DNA of 63,987 nt, counting the filler, from Octopus bimaculoides (Eukaryota): NCBI RefSeq assembly GCF_001194135.2. It is 5 parts of 4 records of this genome, joined end to end, with 100 filler letters (N's around TTAATTAATTAA, not from the genome) between each part and the next. Parts side by side here need not be neighbours in the genome. Positions count along the whole stretch, not along the records: positions 16,289 to 32,676 come from NC_068989.1; positions 32,777 to 60,980 come from NC_068999.1; 3 more parts are not named here. One strand, given 5' to 3'. The notes below the pieces were generated by a model. That model was not told the origin of the DNA and searched no databases. It saw only the letters and a list, made by a program, of their open reading frames with translations. Position numbers and translations under genes: made by a program. Each line of letters begins with the position of its first letter. Position 1 is the stretch's first letter. Positions 26,894 to 41,110 of this stretch are shown here, in pieces.

Positions 26894-27017
26894 TTTTCAT
26901 CATCTACAAGGACGCAGAGATGCGGATCACGATTATTATGGTTTTAGTGATCATAGAATCTATTATCTTGTCTTCAGTTCTATCGATTTCTCCCCTCCTG
27001 ATATTTTTATATTTGCT
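26894..27017 (+). CDS. Candidate spliced exon, product unknown
   Basis: It has a long pyrimidine tract ending gatttctag| and a perfect |GTAAGT donor. Two frames are open: FIIYKDAEMRITIIMVLVIIESIILSSVLSISPLLIFLYL (hydrophobic) and FHHLQGRRDADHDYYGFSDHRIYYLVFSSIDFSPPDIFIFA. I recognise no homology. Confidence 0.35.
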
Positions 27018-27540
27018 GTAAGTTCTTATATAACATGCTGACTTGAAAACTTCCAACAAACAACATTAATTACCATATTTATTAAATAAACGTCTTACTG
27101 GTAAGCTATTACATTAAATAGGGTTTCTGGACTGCATTGGAGCAAATATCTTAAAACGCTAAAGTTTTATTTCTTTTATTCCTAATGTTGTATATATTCC
27201 TTGGAGCTAAGATTTTTTTAAAAATAATATTTTATACAATACAGTAGAGTGCCAAAAGAGTTCAGCAAACCAAAAATATTCCGGTATTTAATCAGGTTCT
27301 TTCACCTCTTGAGCACACATCCGTCTAAAACTGATATTGCTTTTTTGTCCTATTAGAATATATTTATTCAGAGGAAGAGACGTTTTCATATAACGAAAGA
27401 AGGACGGGGAGAAGAAATAGTGCATCGGTGTAGTTATTGGTTGTTATTGACAATAGAGAGTTTCTCCTACCGGTCACAAGGTGTTTGTCTAGAATTGTGG
27501 AACAAGAAACTTTATACATAAATATATGAANNNNNNNNNN

Positions 27541-27575
<35 letters not shown>

Positions 27576-29044
27576 CACACACGTGTGTATATATGGTAAC
27601 CTGCTCTAATAATCAGGTTCTCTTATTTTATTGAACATCGCCAAATGATGATATGCACACAAAAATGATTTAAACGAAGATTACGCTGTCGAAAAGAAGT
27701 CCTTCTATTGTTCTCTTATAATTCAGTTCTTGAGTCTACAATAGAGAGTAGCATAATACGAACGACACAGAAATGATTTTGCATGAAAGGCTCAGTCTTT
27801 TTTTTTTCTTTTTTTTCATACCCAACATCACAGTCAAACTATTGATGTGACACTTTTCTTAGAAAATGGAATTCTTATCTGATACAATTATCAGTAATAG
27901 GGCTGAATTACGAACAGGGGCAATATATTGAATTGGTTGCTAAATGTGTTAAATAAACTAAAATAGACAGCAGCTGAATGTGTAGTGAATGCCTGGATTT
28001 ATTAGCAATTTTCAATGTTCAACGATTATTGGTATATCAGCTTAATTCACTCTGTGTATTAATTCATGCAACACAGCCAATAAAAATTCACTTTGTGTGC
28101 TTACAGAGGATGAGTACTGAGAATAATTTTGTTGAGCAGAAAACACTTACATAAAAAGAAATCGATTGTAAACGAATGAAATGCAAACACAGAGGCACGA
28201 CTTATTCCTTCATTCAATATATCTGACATTTATGTACACTTAGTTGTTAGAAATGATACCTAAGTATTAAAATAATACACACTTCATTTTTAACAACTTT
28301 GTTACACCAAGTATATAATAATTTAGGACTTAAAAAATAAATTTTCATTTCAAAACATTATCACGGGTTAAGTTAATGAAATATAAAATCTGAATTACAT
28401 ATCAGACATAAAGATTATGATTGATGCAAATCATCATTGGATGATTTGTATCAGCAGAGAATTGTTGGTATTCTATAGTGCTTTCATAAGGTATCTTCAA
28501 ACAACTTATAGCTCGTTCTAGATCCTCATTGTGTGTTGACAGAGAGGTTTCAAAGTAGCAGTAGAGCGCTCAAATACTAAAAATTTGACAATACTAAATA
28601 TTTAATACTTAACAAATGCTGCATACTTAACCTAAGGTCTTGTTCCTTTTCATTCTGCGTTTAAATGCAACGGTGTTAGGTTTTGTCTTTTAACTCTCTA
28701 AATCTCTCTAAATCACTTCCCAACAAAATATACCATTGTTTGATAATTAAAGAAATTCACCTTTATATCTAACTTACCATGTTGGCAAAGTCATCAAAAG
28801 AATCTAGAGGGAGAAACTTTCTGTAGAAAAATATTTTGCTAAGAGATAAGTTACGTTCTTAACTCCGGCAGAAGTCACTTCTCACTGTTTCTACAACATG
28901 ACATTTCGATGCATAAGTAGGTGCTCAACATATTAAATATAGATGTAACATACCAGTATTTTAGTGCGTATGTCTAAAACATCGATCCCGTGACCACGCT
29001 TTACACAAATTTCGCTACCTTATTATAGTTGAAAGACTGTCCAG

Positions 29045-29800
29045 AGCAAAGTATAACAAGGCTCTGTCTTGTTGATTGTAACTGCTTCATTAAAGTTACC
29101 ATTGATACTCAGGAAAGCAACTCATAAAATATGCTGATGGTATTAAGATATGTAAAGGAGAAGAGGTTCTAGCTATCAAAGTACCTACTAAAAACCATTG
29201 AGCGTGGACATCAAATGAGGCAGGACGAAAGGTAGGTGGAAAGATTTGAAAGTATATTTCTCAAAAGGATGGGGCAATGTGAAATCTACATTACAAAATT
29301 TAGGAAGTGTCAGGTACCATATGTTAGCGTTCAAATGGGAGTTTTACCTTGCCGTACACAGATATGTTGTAAAAAGAACATGGTTCAACAGTGGAAATTT
29401 GCAAGTGCTTCGCCGTCATACAGAACAATAGATAAACGCAAGGACACAAAAATTGCAATATCAATTTTAGGAACGAAGTGAAACTTATGAATTATAATGT
29501 GTAGTAATGCATCATTCCATAAACATGTTACGAAAATGTCAATAACTATATACATGATTTGGCAAGAGGGATTCTGAGGACATTCTGAACTAAAAGATTA
29601 CATGCTTGTTCTCTGGAAGGGAGTTATTTCCAGTTGCCAGAACACCTAAAAATCATTGAGCGTAGACATCAAATAAGGCAGGACGAAATAAAGGTCAAAA
29701 AATTTGAAAGCAAGTTTCTAAAAAAGATGGGCGGGGGCAATGTGAAATCTACATTACAAAATTAAGGAAGTCTCAGGTACCACATGTTAGCGGTTAAAAC
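29045..29800 (+). mobile_element. Highly decayed CR1-like RT and C-terminal remnant with a duplicated block of about 140 bp
   Basis: Reads V*QGSVL..KYADGIKICK (vs GVPQGSVLG..FADD) at about 29050-29155, then RGHQM..FSK-type sequence that recurs as a diverged direct repeat (29190-29330 and 29647-29792). Confidence 0.4.
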
Positions 29801-30312
29801 GAAAAAATCCCTCCAAAATGGTGGCACCATTGTATAGGTTTAAAAGATTTGTATTCTTTCTCTTAAATACGAACAAAGTACAGCAGTAGCCAAAAATTCG
29901 CCAACTCATCAACATCCTCACTGAAAGTATAAGAGTATCTGCTAGGATCGAGCCTCCTCTACTTGACTCAAGGAGCTCGCAATATGTGTGTATGCCTGTC
30001 TGTCTGGTTGCCTGCTTGCCTGTCTGTCATTTTCAAAATAGCATCTTAACGGAGAGGAGAGCTCTTACATGTAGCGATTAAATGAAAAAAATGGTGAAAT
30101 AGATCAAGCCGGAAGCTAGAGTTTTCCTCTATGACTGGGGAAGCGTGTGTATTTCTTACACGTGCTATTTCTCCTCTCGTCGGACGACATTACTCAGACT
30201 AATGTGAGTTTCCAGCTGTGATCATCTGTGTTTTTCTATGTATATAACTACTAAAGGTGTATGTTTATTTGTGTTTGTAAGTAAAATATGCATACGTGAG
30301 TGTGCGTATATA

Positions 30313-30346
<34 letters not shown>

Positions 30347-30388
30347 CACATAGGCACATACATTTATTTCCATATGTATGTATGTATG

Positions 30389-30455
<67 letters not shown>

Positions 30456-30897
30456 ATGTATGTATATATGTAGATGTAAAGGGGTATGTGTATATATTGC
30501 ATGTATTGTGTGGACTAAGAAATCGCTTGTCTATGATATTAGCAAAAACATTTAGTCTAATTTAGGCTGTCATATATATGTTTACTATAGAAGATGCTCA
30601 AACTTCTAGCATATCCGTTGGAAATGCAACAGTGTGTCTACTACCCATTACACCAAAGCATGCCAGCTACTATATTTAAGCCTGCCATTTCAGTTGGTAG
30701 ACTTAAGGCACGTTACTGACCTATCAACAAAGATCTTAGACCAAACACATGTATAGATTCCAATATATACATTTACTTACATATATAATGCACATGCACA
30801 TACGTATATACACACACATACATGCATACATATATACACACACACAAATGAGCATATGTATTATGTTTGTAGGTATATGCACATATATATGCATGTA

Positions 30898-30933
<36 letters not shown>

Positions 30934-31715
30934 ATATATAATAACTGAATGTGTGTAAGTGTGTGTGTGTTCGCAGGATTTTCCTCTATTACTTTACTTG
31001 TCCAAATTCTCCAATACACTTCTATTCCGATATCGACAGTGAATTCATATTCAAAAAGCTCTTGTTTATTTGATGTTCTGTTCACTAACGCTCGAGCCAC
31101 TCTCTGCGATCTTGGTGGCATTCTGTTAAGTAATTGAAGCAGTCCAGCCTCTCGTTCTGTGTCTTTTATATAATCTTTTTCACTAATTACATCATTAATT
31201 CAATATATTTCGCAAACGAAGCATCAGTATTTTCTCAACTACAATTATTCCATCGCTATAAGCTTTTGTTCTGTACACGATGACATGATTATAGCTCAGA
31301 TGATTTGCACTCCTTCAACTTTTTGAACAGAGTACTAAGTATATGAAGAATGTAAAGAAGGATATTTGCAATGAAATTATGAGTCCTAATTTCGTTATGA
31401 TGCCTTTGGTTTGGATAGATAGATAGATAGAAAGATAGATAGATTGAGCAAACAAATAAAGGAAGATGAAGGTATTACATATCCTGTTTTATTTATGACA
31501 ACAATATTCTGAACCCAAACATGCGTCAGCGTGCTTGCTGGATTTTCTCAAGAAATATGCTCCAGTATTTTAAAATTAAGTGCTCGGATAAAATGGCTGA
31601 TCCTAACCTCATTAATTAACTAGCTATTGCATGGATTTACATAAATCTGTAATCTGTACATTTATATATGTATATAAATGTATATTTGCTTGTATGTATA
31701 TATATATATATATAA

Positions 31716-31793
<78 letters not shown>

Positions 31794-32623
31794 ATATGTA
31801 TATATGTATATATATGTATGTATACATGTGTATATATACATGTATATATATGTATGCAAGCATATATGTATGTATGTATCTACCACTAGGCAAAATAACC
31901 TGAATCTTGGAAAGCAACACTTGAAGTCTGTAATTTATTTCTCTTTCCATTATCTAATCCATTTTACTAAATTGTACTCCTCTCACACTCTGAGTCTTGC
32001 TCCTATTATTGTTATGCCTTCTGCAATACAAAACATATACTGTATATATTAGTAACTGACTCTTGTATGTATCGGCTCTCCTAAACATTTAGGCCGTCTG
32101 ATAAAGCCTAGAGACACACTAAACATCCAAACTCTATCCGCCCATCCCTACAGAACACTGAAGAGATGGAGCTAGCATGCAGGATATCGTGGCCTCTTGG
32201 CAGAAACGGCGGTAAGGAACTGATCCTTTAATCTTTAACTCTTTTATGCAATACTAGTATATATTTGTGTAGTACACAGTCGTCGCATGTGTATGTATTC
32301 TTATAATACACCCTTTCTTTTTGGAATAAATAGACATAATAAAATGTCTACCAGCTGGTGTGTCATTTTTGTATGCCCTCCATTTACTTTTTGCCGTATA
32401 AATTAAAAGTAAACCACTTTTTACCCCCCGCCCATATATGACACCCGATTGCAAAATTGCCACGCAATAACCAGCACTTGGGTATTGATAATTGGGCACA
32501 TTACCAGCAGTATATTGAATAGGTACTATCCCTTAGTTGGTTGGCTTCCCAACCTCTAACTCTCAAGGAAATATATGTGCATATATGTATGTATGTATGT
32601 CTCTCTCTCTCTCTCTCTCTTTA

Positions 32624-32670
<47 letters not shown>

Positions 32671-32676
32671 ATAAGA

Positions 32677-32776
32677 NNNNNNNNNNNNNNNNNNNNNNNN
32701 NNNNNNNNNNNNNNNNNNNNTTAATTAATTAANNNNNNNNNNNNNNNNNNNNNNNNNNNNNNNNNNNNNNNNNNNN
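32677..32776. other. Artificial scaffold join N44-TTAATTAATTAA-N44
   Basis: Same 100-bp structure. Confidence 0.95.
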
Positions 32777-32999
32777 TAGCCATATTCGTTTTAAAGAATA
32801 TGGCTAGGAACGAGGAAGATATGTTTGAATTTTTGGAAATAAGGCTCTAAATAGAGCTATTTCCGATTTGAAAAATATATGTTCACGAAGTATTTTGTGT
32901 TATACACAACTTATACAAAATTTTAAAACAAAATAGGTCTTTTAAGAGGTGAAAAATGCAACTTACATGGGAGCCGATGTGTCTACCGTCCGTCCATGA

Positions 33000-33000
33000 T

Positions 33001-33051
<51 letters not shown>

Positions 33052-33122
33052 GAATAGATAGATAGATAAATAGATAGATAGATGGAAAGCTATATGAAGA
33101 AGAAAAGTGAAAGAACATGAAT

Positions 33123-33185
<63 letters not shown>

Positions 33186-33684
33186 TGTACCAGTTGCGAT
33201 GGTAGTACGTACTCAGTCGAATGTAGGAGGAAATAAGACGGTATAGGTGGAAGTGGTAGTGTTTGCATTAGCGTGTGATATTTAGGGTGGTGGGTGTGGT
33301 TAAGGTTGTTACGTGTGGGTGAAGGTGTTGATGTGCTGTTAGACGGTAGTTGTTTGGTTGGTTGGTTGGTGGATGGTTGCAGGTGTTGTTACGTTCCTAT
33401 ATTTCTGTCGTGGTGGTGTCGATGGTGGTGGTGGTGTTGGTGGATGGTTATAATGATGACAACGACGATAATAATGATGATGTTGATGATAATGATGATG
33501 ATGAGGAGGAGGAGGAGGATGTGGAGGGTGAAGGTGAGGATGATGGTGAAGAGGAAGATGAAGATGATGACGACGACGACGACGATGATGATGATGATGA
33601 TGATGATGATGATAAGCAGAAAGAGGAGGAGGATGACGACGATAATGATGATGAAGATAATGGTGATGACGGGAACAACGATGT

Positions 33685-33715
<31 letters not shown>

Positions 33716-33759
33716 GATGATGATGATGAAGATGATGGTGATGACGGGAACAACGATAT

Positions 33760-33799
<40 letters not shown>

Positions 33800-33828
33800 G
33801 ATGATGGTGATGACGGGAACAACGATGT

Positions 33829-33866
<38 letters not shown>

Positions 33867-33890
33867 GTGACGACGATGATGATGATAACA
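33000..33890. repeat. Compound microsatellite block: (TAGA)n, (TAG)n and (GAT)n with a higher-order unit
   Basis: The motif gatggtgatgacgggaacaacgatrttgatgat occurs three times at about 33657-33840, separated by variable GAT runs. Confidence 0.9.
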
Positions 33891-34744
33891 GATGTTACCT
33901 AATGATGGTAAGTGTAGGTGACGTGTGTGGGAATATTTCTGCGTATTCTTATTGAGGTTGTTGTTTTTGTGGTTGTTGTTGTGGCTGCGGTCGTAGTTTT
34001 ATTGTTGGGAAGTTGGTGAGTAAAGGGTGGCGACGATGACGGCTGCAAAACAAAGGTGTCGGTGGCGGTAGGAGTGGCAGAAGCGGCGGCGGCAATGGTT
34101 GCGTCGGCAGTAGCNNNNNNNNNNNNNNNNNNNNNNNNNNNNNNNNNNNNNNNNNNNNNNNNNNNNNNNNNNNNNNNNNNNNNNNNNNNNNNNNNNNNNN
34201 NNNNNNNNNNNNNNNNNNNNNNNNNNNNNNNNNNNNNNNNNNNNNNNNNNNNNNNNNNNNNNNNNNNNNNNNNNNNNNNNNNNNNNNNNNNNNNNNNNNN
34301 NNNNNNNNNNNNNNNNNNNNNNNNNNNNNNNNNNNNNNNNNNNNNNNNNNNNNNNNNNNNNNNNNNNNNNNNNNNNNNNNNNNNNNNNNNNNNNNNNNNN
34401 NNNNNNNNNNNNNNNNNNNNNNNNNNNNNNNNNNNNNNNNNNNNNNNNNNNNNNNNNNNNNNNNNNNNNNNNNNNNNNNNNNNNNNNNNNNNNNNNNNNN
34501 NNNNNNNNNNNNNNNNNNNNNNNNNNNNNNNNNNNNNNNNNNNNNNNNNNNNNNNNNNNNNNNNNNNNNNNNNNNNNNNNNNNNNNNNNNNNNNNNNNNN
34601 NNNNNNNNNNNNNNNNNNNNNNNNNNNNNNNNNNNNNNNNNNNNNNNNNNNNNNNNNNNNNNNNNNNNNNNNNNNNNNNNNNNNNNNNNNNNNNNNNNNN
34701 NNNNNNNNNNNNNNNNNNNNNNNNNNNNNNNNNNNNNNNNNNNN

Positions 34745-34793
<49 letters not shown>

Positions 34794-35229
34794 ATGTGTA
34801 TATATATGTCTCTATGTATATGTATGTTACTGTTTTTTTTTCGTGATAGGGCTTGTTTATTATGAATATGTAGGCATGTGTGTATGTGTGTACGTATATA
34901 AGTCTGTACGCATGTATACAAGGGTGTGTGTGTGTGTGTGTGTGTGCGTGTGTGTGTGTGTGTGTAAATGCAAGTATACGTGTGTGTGAACGTGTCTGTG
35001 TGTGTGTTAGTATGTGTGGGTATGTAGGGTGCCTGTGAGGGTTTGTATGTGCCTACATGTGTGGTTAGTTTGTAAATGTGTGACGTGGTCCGATGTATCA
35101 CGGTGTTTTGTGTGTTGTCTTTGATTTTGTTTTTGTTGTTGTTTCTCTTGTAGTACCTTGTTATAATTATTGATGTTTATTGCTTATTAAAAATCACTAT
35201 TACCATCCTTATCATCGTTGTCATCATAA

Positions 35230-35249
35230 ACATAATAATAATGATAGTA

Positions 35250-35319
<70 letters not shown>

Positions 35320-35418
35320 TGGTGATGAAGATGATAATAATAAAAATAATAATGTTGATGATGATGATGATGATGATGACAATTTTGATGGTGTTGATAG
35401 CAATAACAACAACTGGTT

Positions 35419-35460
<42 letters not shown>

Positions 35461-35547
35461 ACAGCAGCAGCAGCAGCAGCATTCAGCAATATCATCATTA
35501 TCCTCTTCGTCACCTTCCTCCTCCTCCTCCTCCTCCTCATCATCATC

Positions 35548-35579
<32 letters not shown>

Positions 35580-35620
35580 CATCACCACCACCATCATCAT
35601 CATCATCATCATCATCATCC
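35230..35620. repeat. Compound trinucleotide block (TAA, GAT, TAG, CAG, CCT, CAT)
   Basis: Directly visible. It accounts for the low-complexity ORFs at 35177-35636. Confidence 0.9.
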
Positions 35621-37509
35621 TCGTTCTTTCTCATAGTTTTAATTGAAAACTTTTTTTGCTGTTTTTAACCCCTTTAACACTACAGTTCTGATTGAACAGA
35701 CCAATAATTAGAGACAATTCCAGACGTGACCATCCCTTCTTATATCCTTTTGTGCCACTAAAACCCTGGAGTATATAATCCAGTAAATCAGGCTGTTGTA
35801 TTTTTTTAAATCTTCGTTTGTGTAATATGAGGAATATTTGTTTGCCATTTTTAGCATATTAAACGATCATATATATTTATAGTGAGGGTATGAGGGATGC
35901 TAATTTCTAAGTGTGGCAAGTAACGCTAAGTAAGTGCTATGGACAGACCGTAGTTAAACTCTTGGTTCGATAGTGATACGAGTGAGGAGCCTAATGTGGG
36001 TCTTGTATTAGCAACTGTAACTCCTTTACAGCTTTCTGGAGTGGAACACCGTGAAATGAAGTGTGTTGTCCAAGAACACAACGCTACTCCGGTTCGGGTA
36101 TTGAAATCTGAATCTGGCAATGATAAATGCAACTTCCTTACCGGAAGGCCAAGCTCCTTCCCTTTTGTTGACAAAAGATCTGGAAAAGTATCTATTATTG
36201 ACATTTCTAGTCTCATAAATTGATCACCTGTGAGTAAAATTGTAAATTAAAGAGAAAAATATCGACAGTTACATGTAGGTCTACACAAGTCATAGATACA
36301 GAAACTGAAAAAAAATTTGTGTTTAATTAAATAAATAAAATAAGAAGAACGCGTCTGAGGACCGAACCATAGGAATCATGTTACATAATCCTTAATTTTG
36401 ATTTTCTTGTGCTTTTACTTGAAATTATCATCTTTGAATTAGACTAGGTTTAAGTTTAAAATTTCTAAGATCTTTTGAAAATGATGTAATGCTTTTTAAT
36501 TCTGACTGAACCGGGTCAGGAAAATTGCCAAATTTTACACATCAATGGACTTGAAAGTATCACCGTATAAAGACCTAAAGGAATGAAACATGACCATTCA
36601 GACTTGCTTCCATTGATGATCTTTTAGGATTATTTTTGGATTTTATTTTCTTCTTTTCTCCTCCTTTTTTTTTTATTTTGAAAAATTTTAACATGGAAAT
36701 GATGAAAGTGTATAAATTCTGACAGGAGTATGTTTAGGAAAACTGCTAAATTTTTTTTCAGGCATCAAAGAAGTCAGGGAAAAAAAAATCAATATAAAAA
36801 GGCACAGAATCTGTAGATCATCTGAGAAAAATACTACGTGGTACTTTGTTGCATTCTGGGTTCAAATTCCGACTAGGCGTACATTGCCTTCCTTCTTTCT
36901 AAGTTTGCTGAAATAATAACAGTCTTGATGTCATTGTTTATTACACCCTAGAAGGTGCTACAGTATGACCAGAGTCTATGGTCAGATGCTAGGCATAGTA
37001 AAGGACATCAAAGAATCTGAAATTTATAACTGCAAAAAACAAAAAAAATACAAGGTGTAGGGGTGAGAAAAACGCATCCATTCCCACGTGCTTTAGTTGA
37101 TGATAATTACAAATACCGGTGAGAAATTTAAGCTTTTTAAGAAATTTCCACGTTTGAAAATGATGAACATTTGCAAATTGTGACAGGAAAGGGGTCAGAA
37201 AAATTGCCAAATATCACACATCAAAGATGAATATCTCACTATAAAAAGGTGTAATAGAAGGGAGATGAAAAACGACCTTTCAGGCTTGATTCGTCTGATG
37301 ATGATCATAAATATCTTGAGAAGGCCGAGATTGAAAAAAAACTTATAAACGTAAAAATAAAAATATGAAAATAGCAAGTTAGCTTAAAATTTGCTGTCTT
37401 TAAGAAGACCAGAGGACATGAAAAAAAAAATGTTCAATATCACGTAAAAAGATGTTGAAAATTGTGTATACAACAAGGTATCGTTTTACAGTTTATTTTT
37501 TTGTATTCT

Positions 37510-37860
37510 ACTTGTGTCAGTCGTTGGACTGTGGCCATGCTGGAGTACGGTCTTGTAGAGTTTTAGGCGAACAAATCGACGCGTAGTACACATTTCTTAG
37601 TCCGGTACTTATAATATAGGTTTCTTTTGCCGAATCGCTAGGTTTCGGTGAAATAAACTAACCAACACCGGTTGTAAAGTTATTTTAGGGCACAGACTTA
37701 CACACCCATATGACGGGCTTCCACAAAGTTTCCGTCTCTTAACTTCACTCACAAGGTATTAGTCTGTCCGGATATATGATAGAAGACACTCTAGATGCCG
37801 CGCAGTGCGACGGAACCCGAAATCACAGTTACAAAGCGAACTTCTTAACGACACAGCCAT
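37510..37860 (-). mobile_element. SINE family A, diverged near full-length copy
   Basis: Contains the reverse complement of both the 3' module (tgtggccatgctggag, gccgaatcgcta) and the head (gacgggctt, agtttccgtct, tagaagacact). Confidence 0.7.
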
Positions 37861-37992
37861 TCCTGCACCTATATTGCGGAACTATATCTAATCTACAAAA
37901 TTACACTTTTTCTTTTTTTAATAGCATTAAAATAAATTATGATGGGAATGTTTGGGGGCGTTTCAAATTCCGACGGAGTCCACTTTTTTAAT

Positions 37993-38135
37993 TTAGGCAC
38001 AAGGGCACGAATTTTGAAAACCGGAAGAGAGTTGTCGATATTATAGACCCCTGTAATTAACTGGTATTTCTGTTATCGTCCTCGAAATGATGGCAGGTAA
38101 AGTTGACTTCAGCAGGATTTTGAAATCAGAACTTG
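37993..38135 (-). mobile_element. SINE family B, diverged 3' part
   Basis: Reads ttaggcacaagg..gtcgatattatagacccc..ctggtatttc..aaagttgacttc..ttttgaaatcagaac. Confidence 0.6.
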
Positions 38136-38681
38136 GCAAACAAGAAGAGATATACTGAAAACATACGTTTTTTTAGGCTTTTTTGTGTGTGTCAATGTAT
38201 CTGTATTTATTCAACCTTACAAATATAACGACAGCAACAAAAATATATTTAACGAGCAAAGAAAAGTTTTGGAAAATCCATTTAACATAAAACAAGTTTT
38301 CTCTATCTTTTGTTGTTTTAACATCAAAAGAAATCGAGAGAAAGTAATACATACATAGACACAATTTACCGCAAGACACACACACACACACACACAAACA
38401 CACACATACACATATATATGCAACTTTCCATACGTTTATAGATACATGAGCGTGTGTGTATGCGCACGCGCGCGTGTGTGTTTATAAGCATATCCTAAAA
38501 TTTTGACACGCTCTATCTGCAGCGCAAATAATGAAATAAATAAAGAAACAAAGAAAGAAAGAAAGAAGGAAGGAAAGAGAGTGAAGTAAAAGAAAACCCC
38601 TTAAACCTTTCTTCGATTGAGAACGCCCTTAATGTGTTTAATATTACGCATTGTATGATACGTCTAAAAAACCAAGTCAAA

Positions 38682-38744
<63 letters not shown>

Positions 38745-39891
38745 NNNNNNNNNNNNNNNNNNNNNNNNNNNNNNNNNNNNNNNNNNNNNNNNNNNNNNNN
38801 NNNNNNNNNNNNNNNNNNNNNNNNNNNNNNNNNNNNNNNNNNNNNNNNNNNNNNNNNNNNNNNNNNNNNNNNNNNNNNNNNNNNNNNNNNNNNNNNNNNN
38901 NNNNNNNNNNNNNNNNNNNNNNNNNNNNNNNNNNNNNNNNNNNNNNNNNNNNNNNNNNNNNNNNNNNNNNNNNNNNNNNNNNNNNNNNNNNNNNNNNNNN
39001 NNNNNNNNNNNNNNNNNNNNNNNNNNNNNNNNNNNNNNNNNNNNNNNNNNNNNNNNNNNNNNNNNNNNNNNNNNNNNNNNNNNNNNNNNNNNNNNNNNNN
39101 NNNNNNNNNNNNNNNNNNNNNNNNNNNNNNNNNNNNNNNNNNNNNNNNNNNNNNNNNNNNNNNNNNNNNNNNNNNNNNNNNNNNNNNNNNNNNNNNNNNN
39201 NNNNNNNNNNNNNNNNNNNNNNNNNNNNNNNNNNNNNNNNNNNNNNNNNNNNNNNNNNNNNNNNNNNNNNNNNNNNNNNNNNNNNNNNNNNNNNNNNNNN
39301 NNNNNNNNNNNNNNNNNNNNNNNNNNNNNNNNNNNNNNNNNNNNNNNNNNNNNNNNNNNNNNNNNNNNNNNNNNNNNNNNNNNNNNNNNNNACAACAAAG
39401 AATTTACATAGAAATGTCTTTTATTAAAATACAGAAAAAATACAGAAAATTATATATCACTTTAAATTGATACTTAAGTATGACACGTTTTATTTCAAAT
39501 ATCAATATTTACAAGAATTCATTTATTCTCCACTGTTTATGTACATACAACGTACGTAACAGTACCTCCTTTTCTAACTAGATTCCTAATAATGGACATA
39601 GTTTAAGCGCTTCGAACTGATACTTTCTTTGGATGTAGAATATATTTTAACTGAAGTTTGAAGGCCAAAGCATTTTACATATTTTCTACAGGTTTTCATC
39701 CATGACCCGTTCCATGGATTTCGACGAATGCCAGAGGCGTAGCAGTTAACCTCAAACCGATAACTTGCAACACAAAGCACTCCTCTAAGGACGCTTGATA
39801 TGCTAGAGAGTGATGGTAAATCTGAAAATCTAGTATAAATCGATAGTTAATTGTGATAACTTCTTTAAAAATTTAGTAATTTTTATGAGGT

Positions 39892-40052
39892 GCAGGAGTG
39901 GTTGTGTGGTAAGTAGCTTGCCTACCGACCACATGGTTCTGGGTTCAGTCATACTGCATGGCACCTTGGGCGAGTGTCTTCTACTATAGCTTCGGGCCGA
40001 CCAAATCTTTGTGAGTGGATTTGGTAGACGTAAACTGAAAGAAGCCCGTCGT
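39892..40052 (+). mobile_element. SINE family A, 5' half
   Basis: A-box-like tggttgtgtgg, B-box-like ggttcagtc, ending gaaagaagcccgtcg before (TA)n and a gap. Confidence 0.85.
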
Positions 40053-40833
40053 ATATATGCATATATATATATATATATATATATATTCCACCNNNNNNNN
40101 NNNNNNNNNNNNNNNNNNNNNNNNNNNNNNNNNNNNNNNNNNNNNNNNNNNNNNNNNNNNNNNNNNNNNNNNNNNNNNNNNNNNNNNNNNNNNNNNNNNN
40201 NNNNNNNNNNNNNNNNNNNNNNNNNNNNNNNNNNNNNNNNNNNNNNNNNNNNNNNNNNNNNNNNNNNNNNNNNNNNNNNNNNNNNNNNNNNNNNNNNNNN
40301 NNNNNNNNNNNNNNNNNNNNNNNNNNNNNNNNNNNNNNNNNNNNNNNNNNNNNNNNNNNNNNNNNNNNNNNNNNNNNNNNNNNNNNNNNNNNNNNNNNNN
40401 NNNNNNNNNNNNNNNNNNNNNNNNNNNNNNNNNNNNNNNNNNNNNNNNNNNNNNNNNNNNNNNNNNNNNNNNNNNNNNNNNNNNNNNNNNNNNNNNNNNN
40501 NNNNNNNNNNNNNNNNNNNNNNNNNNNNNNNNNNNNNNNNNNNNNNNNNNNNNNNNNNNNNNNNNNNNNNNNNNNNNNNNNNNNNNNNNNNNNNNNNNNN
40601 NNNNNNNNNNNNNNNNNNNNNNNNNNNNNNNNNNNNNNNNNNNNNNNNNNNNNNNNNNNNNNNNNNNNNNNNNNNNNNNNNNNNNNNNNNNNNNNNNNNN
40701 NNNNNNNNNNNNNNNNNNNNNNNNNNNNNNNNNNNNNNNNNNNNNNNNNNNNNNNNNNNNNNNNNNNNNNNNNNNNNNNNNNNNNNNNNNNNNNNNNNNN
40801 NNNNNNNATAATATATATAGAGAGAGAGAGAGT

Positions 40834-40893
<60 letters not shown>

Positions 40894-41054
40894 TTTAGAC
40901 TGGTAGATTAATAGATAAATATATAGCAGACACACGTAGAGACAAGAAAATTGATCTACTGAAAAATTAAGAGATAGGAATTTGGAAGAAATTATGAAAA
41001 AGACAGAGGGATAAATAGGTTACTCAATTTTATAGATAGACTGACAGACCGGCA

Positions 41055-41110
<56 letters not shown>

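Noticed and set aside
30975-31128. Possible exon on either strand
   Set aside because: The donors are weak, two plus frames contain stops and the peptides are unrecognisable.
33350-33955. 201-aa Asp-rich ORF resembling acidic biomineralisation proteins (DDEDNGDDGNNDVDDD repeats)
   Set aside because: It is a (GAT)n tract with a higher-order unit. Several frames are open by composition, there is no credible signal peptide or splice context, and it sits among other triplet tracts.
39692-39815. Acceptor/donor pair with an LRRCT-like phrase (PWISTNARGVAVNLKPITCN)
   Set aside because: All three frames contain stops.
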